Shown here piece after piece: positions 48,201 through 58,029 of a stretch of DNA of 64,000 nucleotides. The position numbers and the translations under genes were made by a program. The notes under the pieces are model-generated. The model ran no database searches and was not told the DNA's origin. It saw only the letters and a program-made list of their open reading frames with translations. Source of the DNA: Macrostomum lignano (lineage: Eukaryota); assembly GCA_002269645.1 (NCBI GenBank), contig NIVC01000861.1, positions 1-64,000 on the forward strand. Direction: 5' to 3'. Every line of letters begins with the position of its first letter. Within the stretch, counting starts at the first letter, position 1.

Positions 48201-51200
48201 TAGTAAGTCAGGATTTTTTAAAATGTGACTCACATTTGAATGTTCTCCAGGTGGCCAGACAATCTGTCTCCCCGCTGTGAAGCTGAAGAATCTGGCGTCA
48301 TTTTTGATGACTGTAAAGAGTTGCGCCTGAGATTGAGGCTCAGTAGGCGGTCGCCCAAGTGAAACAGGGACTCCGGCATCAGATTCAGCTGCCGATTGGA
48401 CAGGTCCGCCTTGTCCACAGGCTGGCTGATAGCCTGGGGTGGGGCAGTTTTTGTTGCTAAGTAAATCGCTGATGCTGTTAACTGTGGAGAGCTGTTTATT
48501 ACCCACTGCGGTTATTCTTGGGGGCTGTTTATTACCCACTGTGGTTATTCTTGGGGGGGGGCTGTTTATTACCATTGCGGTTATTCTGAGGGGGGCTGTT
48601 TATTACCCACTGCGGCTATTCTGGGGGGGGGCTGTTTATTACCCACTGCGGCTATTCTGGGGGGGCTGTTTTTTACCCACTGCGGTTATTCTGGGGGGGC
48701 TGTTTATTACCCACTGTGGATATTGGGGCTGTTTTTTACCCACTGCGGTTATTCTGGGGGGGGCTGTTTATTACCCGGCTCTCCTATCGTCTCATCTGTA
48801 TTTTAGCCACTAAACTTCCTTCTCGGCCGATTAAAATTTCTCACCAATCTAAAAGTGCACTTAAAGGCTGTTAATTAAAAAACTGAATATATTTTCCATA
48901 TCCCTACGTGTATCTCAATTTACTGATGGCCCTGTAATATCCCAAATATTTCAAAGATTAGAATGCTGAGATGCCTGAAGCCTGATAAAATTTCCAAAGT
49001 TAATTACTCAAGGCAAAATTTCACCGCTAATCCTACACAGGTCAGCGCAGGATTTTGCAGGCTTCCAAATTCGGATAATGTAATCTGATTTTATGACTGT
49101 CTTATTAGAGTTATCCAAGAAGCAGAAAACTAAAGGGCTAAGTAGTGCTGGTTATTGGCCGCCCACGCTCCATCTCCCCTATCCACCCCGCGCTACCCTT
49201 AGCAATTTAAATGCATACGCACAGAGGGACAGTTAGTTTAATCAGGGTATAAATTATAGGCTTAAGTTGAGTCAAAGCAGACTCAAAGCCATACTCTACG
49301 GATACTCAAATCAGACTCTAAGCCAGACTCTAAGCCACACTTAAAGCAGACTCAAAGATATAATCAAAGGAAACTCAAAGCAGAATCAAGACAGACTAAA
49401 AGCAGACTCAAAGCACACTCAAAGCAGACTCAAAGCAGAATCATTTCAAGGCAGACCAAAGCCAGACTTAAAGTAGATTCAAAGCAGACTCAAAGCAGAC
49501 TCAAAGCAGACTCAAAGCAGACTCAAAGCAGATTCAAAGCAGACTCAAAGCAGACTCGACTCCAGACTTATAAAGAAAACTCATAAAGCAGTACTCGCCA
49601 GCTCCAATCGCTGCTGCCACTCTCTCATGCTGGCCTCATCATTGAAGGCGAGCTGGGCGCCACCTGTCGATCGCGACGATCGATCTCCGCCGCAGCTGCG
49701 AACATCCAGACGGTGCGGTGGTCTCCGATGCCCGCTGCTCTTCTTGCTCGATAGTGTCTGAGTATCGACCCGGCCGCCAGGTAGAAAAATCACCAATTTA
49801 ATGGCGGTGCCTTCTGTGTCTGTTTTGAATTTTGTGGTTTTAAAAGTACACACTGTACTGACAATTACCTTTTATTTGACCTTATTTTCCGGTTTTCATA
49901 TTGCACGGAGCAAAAGGACTTGTATCGATGCTATGTATCAATGATCAGTTAACAAATAGGGCTTCTATTTCTTAGAGAAAACAGCTTCCCAACTTTCAGT
50001 CTGGAGTTTCTTGAGGATTCTTTCAATCAGACTCTTAAGGCTTAGTGCGATACGCGGTTTGATTGTAACAGTTGATAAAGAGGGGGCGCCAGCTACTGAG
50101 GGGGGCAGCTACAGAGGAGGCCGCCAGCTACAGAGAGGGGGCGCCAGCTACAGAGGGGGCGCCAGCTACAGAGGGGGCGCCAGCTACAGAGGGGGCGCCA
50201 ACTACAGAGGGGGCGCCAGCTACAGAGAGGGGGCGCCAGCTACAGAGAGGGGGCGCCAGCTAAAGCTAGAGGAGGGGGGCAGCTACAGAGAGGGGACGGC
50301 AGCTACACAGAGGGGGCGCCAGCTACAGAGGGGGCGCCAGCTACAGAGGGGGCGCCAGCTACAGAGGGGGCGCCAACTACAGAGGGGGCGCCAGCTACAG
50401 AGGGGGCGCCAACTACAGAGGGGGCGCCAGCTACAGAGAGGGGGCGCCAGCTACAGAGAGGGGGCGCCAGCTACAGAGAGGAGGCGCCAGCTACAGAGAG
50501 GGGGCGCCAGCTAAAGCTAGAGGAGGGGGGCAGCTACAGAGAGGGGACGGCAGCTACACAGAGGGGGCGCCAGCTACAGAGAGGAGGCGCCAGCTACAGA
50601 GAGGGGGCGCCAGCTACAGCTAGAGGAGGGGGGCAGCTACAGAGGAGGCCGCCAGCTACAGAGAGGGGGCGCCAGCTACAGAGGGGGCGCCAGCTACAGA
50701 GAGGGGGCGCCAGCTACAGAGAGGAGGCGCCAGCTACAGAGAGGGGGCGCCAGCTACAGAGGAGGCGCCAGCTACAGCTAGAGGAGGGGGGCAGCTACAG
50801 AGAGAGGGCGCCAGCTACAGAGAGGGGGCGCCAGCTACAGAGAGGGCGCCAGCTACAGAGAGGGCGCCAGCTACAGAGGGGGCGCCAGCTACAGAGAGGG
50901 GGCGCCAGCTACAGAGAGGGGGCGCCAGCTACAGAGAGGAGGCGCCAGCTACAGAGAGGGGGCGCCAGCTAAAGCTAGAGGAGGGGGGCAGCTACAGAGA
51001 GGGGACGGCAGCTACACAGAGGGGGCGCCAGCTACAGAGAGGAGGCGCCAGCTACAGAGGGGGCGCCAGCTACAGAGAGGAGGCGCCAGCTACAGAGAGG
51101 GGGCGCCAGCTACAGAGAGGGGGCGCCAGCTAAAGCTAGAGGAGGGGGGCAGCTACAGAGAGGGGACAGCAGCTACACAGAGGGGGCGCCAGCTACAGAG

Positions 51201-53614
51201 AGGGGGCGCCAGCTACAGAGAGGGGGCGCCAGCTACAGAGGAGGCGCCAGCTACAGAGGGGGCGCCAGCTACAGAGAGGGGGCGCCAGCTACAGAGAGGG
51301 GGCGCCAGCTACAGAGAGGGGGCGCCAGCTACAGAGAGGGGGCGGCAGCTACAGAGAGGGGGCGCCAGCTACAGAGAGGGGGCGCCAGCTACAGAGGAGG
51401 CGCCAGCTACAGCTAGAGGAGGGGGGCAGCTACAGAGAGAGGGCGCCAGCTACAGAGAGGGGGCGCCAGCTACAGAGAGAGGGCGCCAGCTACAGAGAGG
51501 GCACGCCAGCTAACAGAGAGAGGGCGCCAGCTACAGAGGAGGTTAAAGGAAAAGCAGACTTAAAATATTCATTGAGAAGTCTCCAATCCAGATTATTGCA
51601 ACTGAAGTTCCATGGTTAAAGCTGGAGTGCTAAGCTACTCAATTACTGCTTTGAACTGAACATAAAAAAAGAATCCCTAACAAGTTTGTCTGAGCAGCTG
51701 GGAGCACCGCCTCCCGGCAGTATGTAAGGATTCCAGGCGGCGCTGGCAGTGCGTCACAGATTGAGTAGAGGATGAGAAAGCATAGAACTGTAAAAATGCT
51801 TCTGACGGCTCTGACTTAATCCGCACAACAAAACAACATAGTCATGCCTAAAGATCACTTTCCTGTCCCGTAAGTCCCGTAAGTTCAATAGCCAGCACTA
51901 AACTACTTTATCAGGGTCAACTAAAACCCTCGGGACGCGAAACGAGCCAATTCATGGCAAAAAATCTGAGGGGCTCGCTTAAAAGTATTGTTCTATGGCT
52001 TTTTCAAGTCTTCTCTGCTATCAGGCAAATTAAAACTGCTTTAGCTGCGGCCAGCAGTGAAGCTAAGCTGAACTATATCAAAAGAAGCATTTTTTATTCA
52101 CTTGATGAAATGCCAAGAAAGTGCAGCGTATTTCCGTGCTCGTCAAATTACAACTCTGAAGCCGTTCGAACACGGACATTTGCGTTTCCCAGAGATCCAC
52201 AGGAGCGAGAGCGATGGAGAAAGGCGCTGCCAAATATTCTCCAGGTAAGAAACCAGATCATTTGCTGTCATTACTGCTGTCATGACTGTTTGTGTCGTCT
52301 TGTCCTTGGAGTTCCGTATTTGCTTCTATCTACTTGCCGTTGGAGTTTCATCGTCGCTTTCATCCTTTATCTTCTTGCCGTTGGAGTTTTTTGTTGATAT
52401 GGCGGTTACTTTATTGTAAATACATTGTAATTATATCACTGCTTCCTATTCTTTAAATTAAATACTCGACATTGCCTCGCTTTACTATTTAATCTAACCG
52501 TTAATGCCTGATAGCAGAGAAGACTTGAAAAATCCATAGAACAATACTTTTAAGCGAGCCCCTCAGATTTTTTGCCATGAATTGGCTCGTTTCGCGTCCC
52601 GAGGGTTTTAGTTGTCCCTGTACTTTATATCTGAGAAAACTTGTTCAATTGTCCAAATAAGCGCCAGCACCAGGGGCGCCAGCACCAGGGGCGCCAGCAC
52701 CAGGGGCGCCAGCACCAGGGGCGCCAGCACCAGGGGCGCCAGCACCAGGGGCGCCAGCACCAGGGGCGCCAGCACCAGGGGCGCCAGCACCAGGGGCGTC
52801 ACAAGCGCAACTCACCGCGAAAAATCCTCAGAACCGGGCCCTCCAATTCGCACAGCCTCCGTCGCCACCTTCCGCCTCCGCCACCGCCGCCGCACCGACG
52901 GGCCAGAAGAATCTCTCTGGCCGCCGTCTCTTCCTCCGCAGCCGTCGTCCGCAAAGAGGATGCCGCCGGTTTGCCAACGTGAAACCTGATCAGCTGAGGT
53001 ACTTCAGGACCGGCTCCCAGCCATTGCCTGAGCCCTGTCTCAGCGTGTCCCAGCTGGCTCAACAGGCTGTCCTGAAGTTGCAGCGGCCGCTCCTGAGCGC
53101 CAAGCCGTCGCAACCGACCGTCTGGTGTTTCAACGTAGATCGCCGACAGTGCGCCACCGGTGTCGCTGTTGTCAGCTGGCGATTGAGCGATCAGCTTAGC
53201 GGCCAGGGTGTCCAGCTGGCAGGGTAGCAGCACTGTCGTAGTGGTCCGGTTCCTGTGGTGCACAAACAGGCGCACATGGCCGCAGTGCGGACCTGTCGAC
53301 AGCCAGTTCGATCGTTCCGCAAGTTGACGCTTCACAGCAGCGACTCTACTGCCGCCGCCGCCGCCGCGGTGTCCGGCTGTCCGACGTCGGTTTGTTGACT
53401 GAGTTGGCAGCGTCAGTGTGACGGATCTGGTGACGCAGTGAATTTCTTGCCTGTTGTTGTGCTTGCCTTTTTAATTAGTTCATAAATTGATTATTACTCA
53501 ATATTTTTGCTGTTTCAAGGATTCGCGGAGTGACGGACTGATTGATTGATTGATTGATTGCTTGATTGATTGACTGACTGATTGATTGATAGATTGATTG
53601 ATTTATTGATTGAC

Positions 53615-53645
<31 letters not shown>

Positions 53646-53726
53646 CTGATTGATTGATAGATTGATTGATTGATTGACTGATTGATTGATTGATTGACTG
53701 ATTGATTGATAGATTGATTGATTGAC

Positions 53727-53774
<48 letters not shown>

Positions 53775-53777
53775 GAC

Positions 53778-53812
<35 letters not shown>

Positions 53813-53813
53813 C

Positions 53814-53846
<33 letters not shown>

Positions 53847-54403
53847 AATTGATTAATTGATTGATTGATTAATTGATTGGGTGACTGACTGATTGACTGA
53901 CTGATTGATTAATTGATTGATTGACTGACTGATTGACTGATTGATTGATTGATTGATTAATTGATTGATTGATTGATTGGGTGACTGATTGATTGATTGA
54001 GTGACTGATTGATTGCTTGATTGATTGATTAATTGACGAATTTAGTGACGAATGGATTGATAGATTATTTGACAGATTGATTGATTGATTGACTGGTTTA
54101 TTGATTTATGAATAGATTTGCTACATTGCTCAGTATCCAACTAAGAATTGTCTTATGCACGCACTCATAACCTGACATCGCTCAGTCAGTGAAAAGCTCA
54201 GTTAAATACCTTTACCGCGACTTACAATGACTGGCATTTCATTTCCTGTCGACGCATGCAATGCAAAATTGATTAATAACAAAGCACTACCTGACTTGTC
54301 CATTATTCGGCTTGGGCTCGTCCCCATCGGACTCTTCCGCGATGGCCTCCGACGCGCCCAGAGACAGCAACGAGCCGCCAAAATGAGTTCCGCCGCCATT
54401 CAT
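33039..54403 (-). CDS. PHLPP: PH domain leucine-rich repeat protein phosphatase (PHLPP), 14-exon gene model, about 1428 aa
   Basis: Phase-consistent exons: 54403-54291, 53450-52816, 49819-49599, 48433-48234, 48154-48008, 47225-46898, 44769-44649, 43635-43098, 40559-40266, 38516-38033, 36586-36396, 36015-35805, 34906-34285, 33220-33039 (sum 4287 nt = 1429 codons including stop). Domain order RA-like, PH, LRRs, PP2C-like (FDG, ANAGD, GLWS, AAKRLVDLAQ, SHGSSGNI), C-terminal T-x-L is diagnostic of PHLPP. Confidence 0.93.
33421..34195. repeat. 15-bp minisatellite GTGCTGGCGCCCCTG (PHLPP intron 13)
   Basis: About 51 copies, nearly all identical. Confidence 0.97.
34285..34906 (-). CDS. PHLPP: PHLPP exon 13, PP2C end and C-terminal tail
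   Basis: SHGSSGNICVLIVKI follows LAQ as in PP2C motif 11; donor gtaatt at 34284. Confidence 0.88.
35256..35510 (+). mobile_element. tRNA-derived SINE with CORE/Meta-like central domain
   Basis: A box TAGCCTGGTGG, B box GGTTCGATTCC, then TGTGTCCTTGAGCAAGACGCTTAAC...TGTAAAATGGG, which resembles the MIR CORE; two more copies in the window. Confidence 0.85.
35805..36015 (-). CDS. PHLPP: PHLPP exon 12, PP2C-like
   Basis: TRMLG...PDPQV...DDALVLANRGLWSH...AAKRLVDLAQ. Confidence 0.92.
36085..36395. repeat. 18-bp minisatellite ACTATAGTTGGTGAACTC (intron 11)
   Basis: Abuts the exon 11 donor. Confidence 0.92.
36396..36586 (-). CDS. PHLPP: PHLPP exon 11, PP2C-like
   Basis: VTAANAGDVEALLV...EATRVTKAGGVVTDDGRVNG; donor gtgagt. 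Confidence 0.92.
36610..37935. repeat. 23-bp minisatellite GGGATTCTTATGAGACTTCTGTA (intron 10)
   Basis: More than 50 copies. Confidence 0.96.
38033..38516 (-). CDS. PHLPP: PHLPP exon 10, start of PP2C-like domain
   Basis: FGLAEVAG...GLFAMFDGDG...GAACAALHL. Both boundaries are somewhat uncertain (GC donor at 38032 or weak GT at 38020). Confidence 0.85.
38660..39115. repeat. 11-bp minisatellite ATAGCAACACC (intron 9)
   Basis: Direct inspection. Confidence 0.92.
39785..40245. repeat. 19-bp minisatellite GGTTAGACAGGGAATCACC (intron 9)
   Basis: Runs up to about 20 nt from the exon 9 donor. Confidence 0.92.
40266..40559 (-). CDS. PHLPP: PHLPP exon 9, last LRRs
   Basis: LRELNISGNQLKTLP...IRAHSNCLQRLPDL...LDLSCN; gcag acceptor, gtggga donor. 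Confidence 0.92.
40606..42400 (-). mobile_element. Non-autonomous LTR retrotransposon (TRIM-like)
   Basis: 317-bp direct repeats 40606-40922 and 42084-42400 with TG...CA ends; 5-bp TSD AATAC (40601-40605 and 42401-42405); minus-strand PBS TGGCGCCCAA immediately after the 5' LTR; GGGGGGAG polypurine tract before the 3' LTR; interior is tandem repeats with no gag/pol motif. Confidence 0.92.
42530..43060. repeat. 23-bp minisatellite CAAACACCATTCTAATTCCCCT (intron 8)
   Basis: Direct inspection. Confidence 0.9.
43098..43635 (-). CDS. PHLPP: PHLPP exon 8, LRR
   Basis: LECLDVSDNRLDSLP...LLLAFNRLTEIND; donor gtgagt. Confidence 0.92.
43700..44470. repeat. 30-bp minisatellite CCAGTGACCTTGAGGAAAGCCAGTTTCTCT (intron 7)
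   Basis: Homogeneous core with degenerate edges. Confidence 0.93.
44649..44769 (-). CDS. PHLPP: PHLPP exon 7, LRR
   Basis: IETLDLQPLSHLEFLSCDRNRLADICVNGTALRTLLLVEN; ccag acceptor, gtgagt donor. Confidence 0.88.
45155..46860. repeat. 15-bp ACACAATCTAATCTG array grading into AATCT-based higher-order repeats (intron 6)
   Basis: Direct inspection. Confidence 0.94.
46898..47225 (-). CDS. PHLPP: PHLPP exon 6, LRR
   Basis: LRSLYLYNNRLTELP...LDLRDNL; donor gtgagc. Confidence 0.9.
47295..47890. repeat. 23-24-bp minisatellite TGACACTTATAGTTTGACACTGC (intron 5)
   Basis: Direct inspection. Confidence 0.94.
48008..48154 (-). CDS. PHLPP: PHLPP exon 5, LRR
   Basis: FRNLTSLDLSENFLTTLPACLCRLRSLTELNIAANQISALPNEISNL; ttttcag acceptor, gtaggc donor. 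Absent from the ORF track because it is short. Confidence 0.9.
48234..48433 (-). CDS. PHLPP: PHLPP exon 4, first LRRs
   Basis: AISQPVDKADLSNRQLNLMPESLF...LNLRRNSL; donor gtgagt. Confidence 0.88.
48490..48780. repeat. About 35-bp minisatellite (TTATTACCCACTGCGGTTATTCTGGGG) (intron 3)
   Basis: Direct inspection. Confidence 0.88.
49270..49560. repeat. 11-bp minisatellite AAGCAGACTCA (intron 3)
   Basis: Direct inspection. Confidence 0.88.
49599..49819 (-). CDS. PHLPP: PHLPP exon 3, PH domain C-terminal half
   Basis: IFLPGGRV...QLAFNDEASMREWQQRLEL; cag acceptor; probable GC donor gcgagt. Confidence 0.8.
50075..51540. repeat. 19-22-bp G-rich minisatellite GGCGCCAGCTACAGAG(AG)GGG (intron 2)
   Basis: Direct inspection. 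Confidence 0.95.
51912..52620 (+). mobile_element. P-element/Galileo-like non-autonomous DNA transposon retaining a THAP N-terminus
   Basis: About 120-bp TIRs (CAGGGTCAACTAAAACCC... and ...GGGTTTTAGTTGTCCCTG); 8-bp TSD TACTTTAT at 51904-51911 and 52621-52628; internal MPRKCSVFPCSSNY...FAFPRDPQERERWRKAL followed by a gtaaga donor. Confidence 0.88.
52110..52244 (+). pseudogene. THAP zinc-finger first exon remnant of a transposase
   Basis: M-x3-C-x4-C...F-x-FP-x-D...W pattern; the rest of the THAP domain and the catalytic core are missing. Confidence 0.75.
52662..52800. repeat. 15-bp minisatellite GCGCCAGCACCAGGG (intron 2), reverse complement of the intron 13 unit
   Basis: About 9 copies next to the exon 2 donor. 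Confidence 0.95.
52816..53450 (-). CDS. PHLPP: PHLPP exon 2, RA-like domain and start of PH domain
   Basis: LLPCQLDTLA...RRLGAQERPLQLQDSLLSQLGH...LIRFHVGKP resembles the PHLPP N-terminal RA-like region; donor gtgagt at 52815. Confidence 0.88.
53535..54110. repeat. (GATT)n microsatellite (intron 1)
   Basis: Direct inspection. Confidence 0.95.
54291..54403 (-). CDS. PHLPP: PHLPP putative coding exon 1 (MNGGGTHFGGSLL...GQV)
   Basis: ATG at 54403; AG|gtagtg phase-2 donor fits the phase-2 acceptor at 53450. No family homology in this exon. Confidence 0.55.
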
Positions 54404-55064
54404 GCTTTAGAATGGACTTAGAAACCGAAACCAGCTGTGCTCAAATCAATGGCTTCAATAGACAGTCCTTAAACTATTTGATATCGCGCACGAACTAAAA
54501 AACTAACTATTGACAAAAATATGCAAACTTTCCTGCAGTCTCGGCGTGAGAATGACAATTGTTGTTTATAACTCTCTACTCACCCAACCCCACCCCAGCG
54601 CTCGCTTTTCTCGTCTCGGCTCTTACCTGTGGCTTAATCTCTCATTTCTGCGTGGTTAAAAAGGTCTAGCAAAACTTAATCACAGGCCCCAACCCCAAGC
54701 CACCCGCACCACCACTTGAGCGCGAATAATTAGATGTGCTCAAAGTATATGTAAGCCTTCCAACTGAGCCTTTTGATACATTGCACTCGGGAACAGGCAG
54801 TGTGTACTGGGATGCTGTTTTACACTGATAGAGCAGTCTGTGTCTGAGCGCTCTAGCCTCGCCATTCATCAGCTATATTCTGTTCTGGCGCTGTTTTGCT
54901 CCAACGAATGCTTACTGTATTACAGACTGCAGATCTTTTCCAACCAGATATCGCTATTGTGTGTTTTTGCCATTTGCCACTCAAAGCCCTGTCAGCTTTC
55001 GTGTGACGGATGGCTGCTCGTGCGCTCAGCTGCGCTGCTTCCCTTCATCACTCCGTTCTCTTCC

Positions 55065-56070
55065 TTGTCTGTCCCTCCTCTCACCTCTTCCCATCTCTCC
55101 TGACATCTCCCTTATCCCTCTTCTCATCTCTTCCTATCTCTCCTGACATCTCCGGCCTATTCCTCCTCTCACCTCTTCCTGTCTCTCCCGACATCTCCCT
55201 TATCCCTCCTCTCACCTCTTCCTGTCTCTCCCGACATCTCCCTTATCCCTCCTCTCACCTCTTCCTATCTCTCCCGACATTTCCCTTATCCCTCCTCTCA
55301 CCTCTTCCTATCTCTCCCGACATCTCCCTTATCCCTCTTCTCACCTCTTCCTATCTCCTGACATCTCCCTTATCCCTCCTCTCACCTCTTCCTATCTCTC
55401 CCGACATTTCCCTTATCCCTCCTCTCACCTCTTCCTATCTCTCCCGACATCTCCCTTATCCCTCTTCTCACCTCTTCCTATCTCTCCCGACATCTCCCTT
55501 ATCCCTCCTCTCACCTCTTCCTGTCTCTCCCGACATCTCCCTTATCCCTCCTCTCACCTCTTCCTGTCTCTCCCGACATCTCCCTTATCCCTCCTCTCAC
55601 CTCTTCCTATCTCTCCCGACATTTCCCTTATCCCTCCTCTCACCTCTTCCTATCTCTCCCGACATCTCCCTTATCCCTCTTCTCACCTCTTCCTATCTCC
55701 TGACATCTCCCTTATCCCTCCTCTCACCTCTTCCTATCTCTCCCGACATCTCCCTTATCCCTCTTCTCACCTCTTCCTATCTCTCCCGACATTTCCCTTA
55801 TCCCTCCTCTCACCTCTTCCTATCTCTCCCGACATCTCCCTTATCCCTCTTCTCACCTCTTCCTATCTCTCCCGACATCTCCCTTATCCCTCTTCTCACC
55901 TCTTCCTATCTCTCCCGACATCTCCCTTATCCCTCCTCTCACCTCTTCCTATCTCTCCCGACATCTCCCTTATCCCTCTTCTCACCTCTTCCTATCTCTC
56001 CCGACATCTCCCTTATCCCTCTTCTCACCTCTTCCTATCTCCTGACATCTCCCTTATCCCTATCTCTCCC
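55065..56070. repeat. Pyrimidine-rich minisatellite of about 41 bp, followed by a CT-rich tract to about 56350
   Basis: CTCTCCCGACATCTCCCTTATCCCTC(C/T)TCTCACCTCTTCCTAT units. Confidence 0.93.
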
Positions 56071-57061
56071 CATATCCCTCTCTCCATCTCTCTCTACTTA
56101 TCCCTCCGTCCTTATCTCTCTCCATATCTTTCTCTCCATATATCACTCGCCTTATCCTTCTTTCAATATATCTCTCTCCTTATCTCTCTCTTTATATCCC
56201 TCTCTTATTATCCCTATCTCTTTATCCCTCTCGTTATCCCTCTTTAGAAATCCCTCTCTTTCTCTCCTGATCTCTCTCTCCATATCCCTCTCTTCTTATC
56301 TTTCTCCTTATGTCTCTCCTTATTTCTCTCACTGTCTTCTTTCTCCATAATTCTTTTTCATTCTCTAATCATAACCAATAACTACTCCTTAAATTGAAAC
56401 CCTGCTGCTATTTAGCAAGCCTTTGTTTTAAGTTTTTTGTTTGAACAAAATCCGCAAACAACCCTATTTAGAATAAAACTAGCTAAAGTTTTGCCCCCCT
56501 TCGGGGAGCAGAAATAATTAATATTCGTCTAATATAATATACCTTTTAGCAGGAGTACTTTAAGTGTCTTTCTTAAGCTTAAGCTTAAAATAGGAATTTT
56601 TGGAGATCGTTAATAACGCATTTTAGGTAAAACAAAACTATCAACTTTTTACAGTTTTTTAGTTTAGAGCCCTGTATATGTCAACGTGTTTGATAAAAAT
56701 TATTTTTATCATTTTTGATAAAAAATGGCCTTCGGGGTGGCCAATAAGCAAGGGACGAATCCTTTTAAATGAAAAAAAATTCTTAGGGAGGGGGGCTAGG
56801 AATCGAATTCTCATTTTAATTCCAGGCTTATGTACCAATAAAACATGTTTGTGCAGAATTTTATAACAGACATTGAAATTCAACCATACTTGCCTTCTTT
56901 CAGAGCTACTTCTACCAGTATGCTTCAGTACGCTACCAGTACCCTTGTAAGCCTTGACATGTCAGCAATCCCCCCCCACAAGCCTTAACATATCAACTCC
57001 CCCCTTGACATCTCAGCAATGCTCCCACAAGCCTTGAAATCTTAAAAAATCTGTCTATTTT

Positions 57062-57095
57062 CTAACCCTAACCCTAACCCTAACCCTAACCCTAA
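57062..57095 (-). repeat. Short interstitial (TTAGGG)n tract
   Basis: About 5 perfect CTAACC units. Confidence 0.8.
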
Positions 57096-58029
57096 AGCAT
57101 TGAAATTTCAGTAATTCTCTCTAAGAGTCTATAGCACTACTACAGCATTATAGCGATTCCCTGCAAGCCTCGACATCGTAGGGATTCCCAAATGAATCTC
57201 TTAACTTTGACATGAAGCTTCTTTTTTTTACATTACGCTTTTTCTATCAGCGATCCCTCCCGTGAGGAGCCAACAAATAATGTAATAACTTTTTTCCAAT
57301 AAACTACATGTAGCTTCTGACATTAGCCTTGACATCTCATTTATTCCCCCGTGAGCCTTGACATCTCAGCTATAGATAGATAGATAGATTCCCCTCGTAA
57401 GCCTTGACATGTCAGCGATGCCCCCCATAAACCTTGAAATCTAAAAAATCCCCTGTTAACCTTGAAACGCGCTAAAATCTAACCCTCAACCCAAACCTGA
57501 CGTAAACCTAACTTTCACCCAACCTAAAGCCTTGAAATCACAGCAATTCTTCTTCCCTAAGCCTTGGCATTTAAGTGATTCCTTCTTTAAGAATCACAGC
57601 ACTATAACGATTCCCTCCAAGCTTTGACATCGTAGCAATTCCCAAATGAATCTTTTAACTTTGACATGACTTTTATTTTATGTATACATAGTGCTCCTTT
57701 TATTTTTACATGACTCTTCTTCTATCAGCGCCCCCCCCACCGTGGCAAGCCAACAAAGAATGCAATAAAAAACTTAAGTATAGTACATGTACTTTGAAGT
57801 AGCTTCTGACTTTTGCTTTAACATCTCAGAAACCCCCCTGTAATCTCAGTTATTCTCTGTGAGCCTTGACGTCTCAGTAATTCTCCCCAGCACAGCACTG
57901 TACTATAGCTTCATTTAATTTTTATATGACATTTCTTTCATGTCTGACATGACGCTTCTTTTGATTTTTACGTTACGCTTCTTTTATTCTTCCATGATGC
58001 TTCTTAATTTTTTAAATGACACACTTTCA

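Noticed and set aside
55010-56350. 446-aa Leu/Ser/Pro ORF
   Set aside because: Pyrimidine-rich repeat that cannot form stops on this strand.
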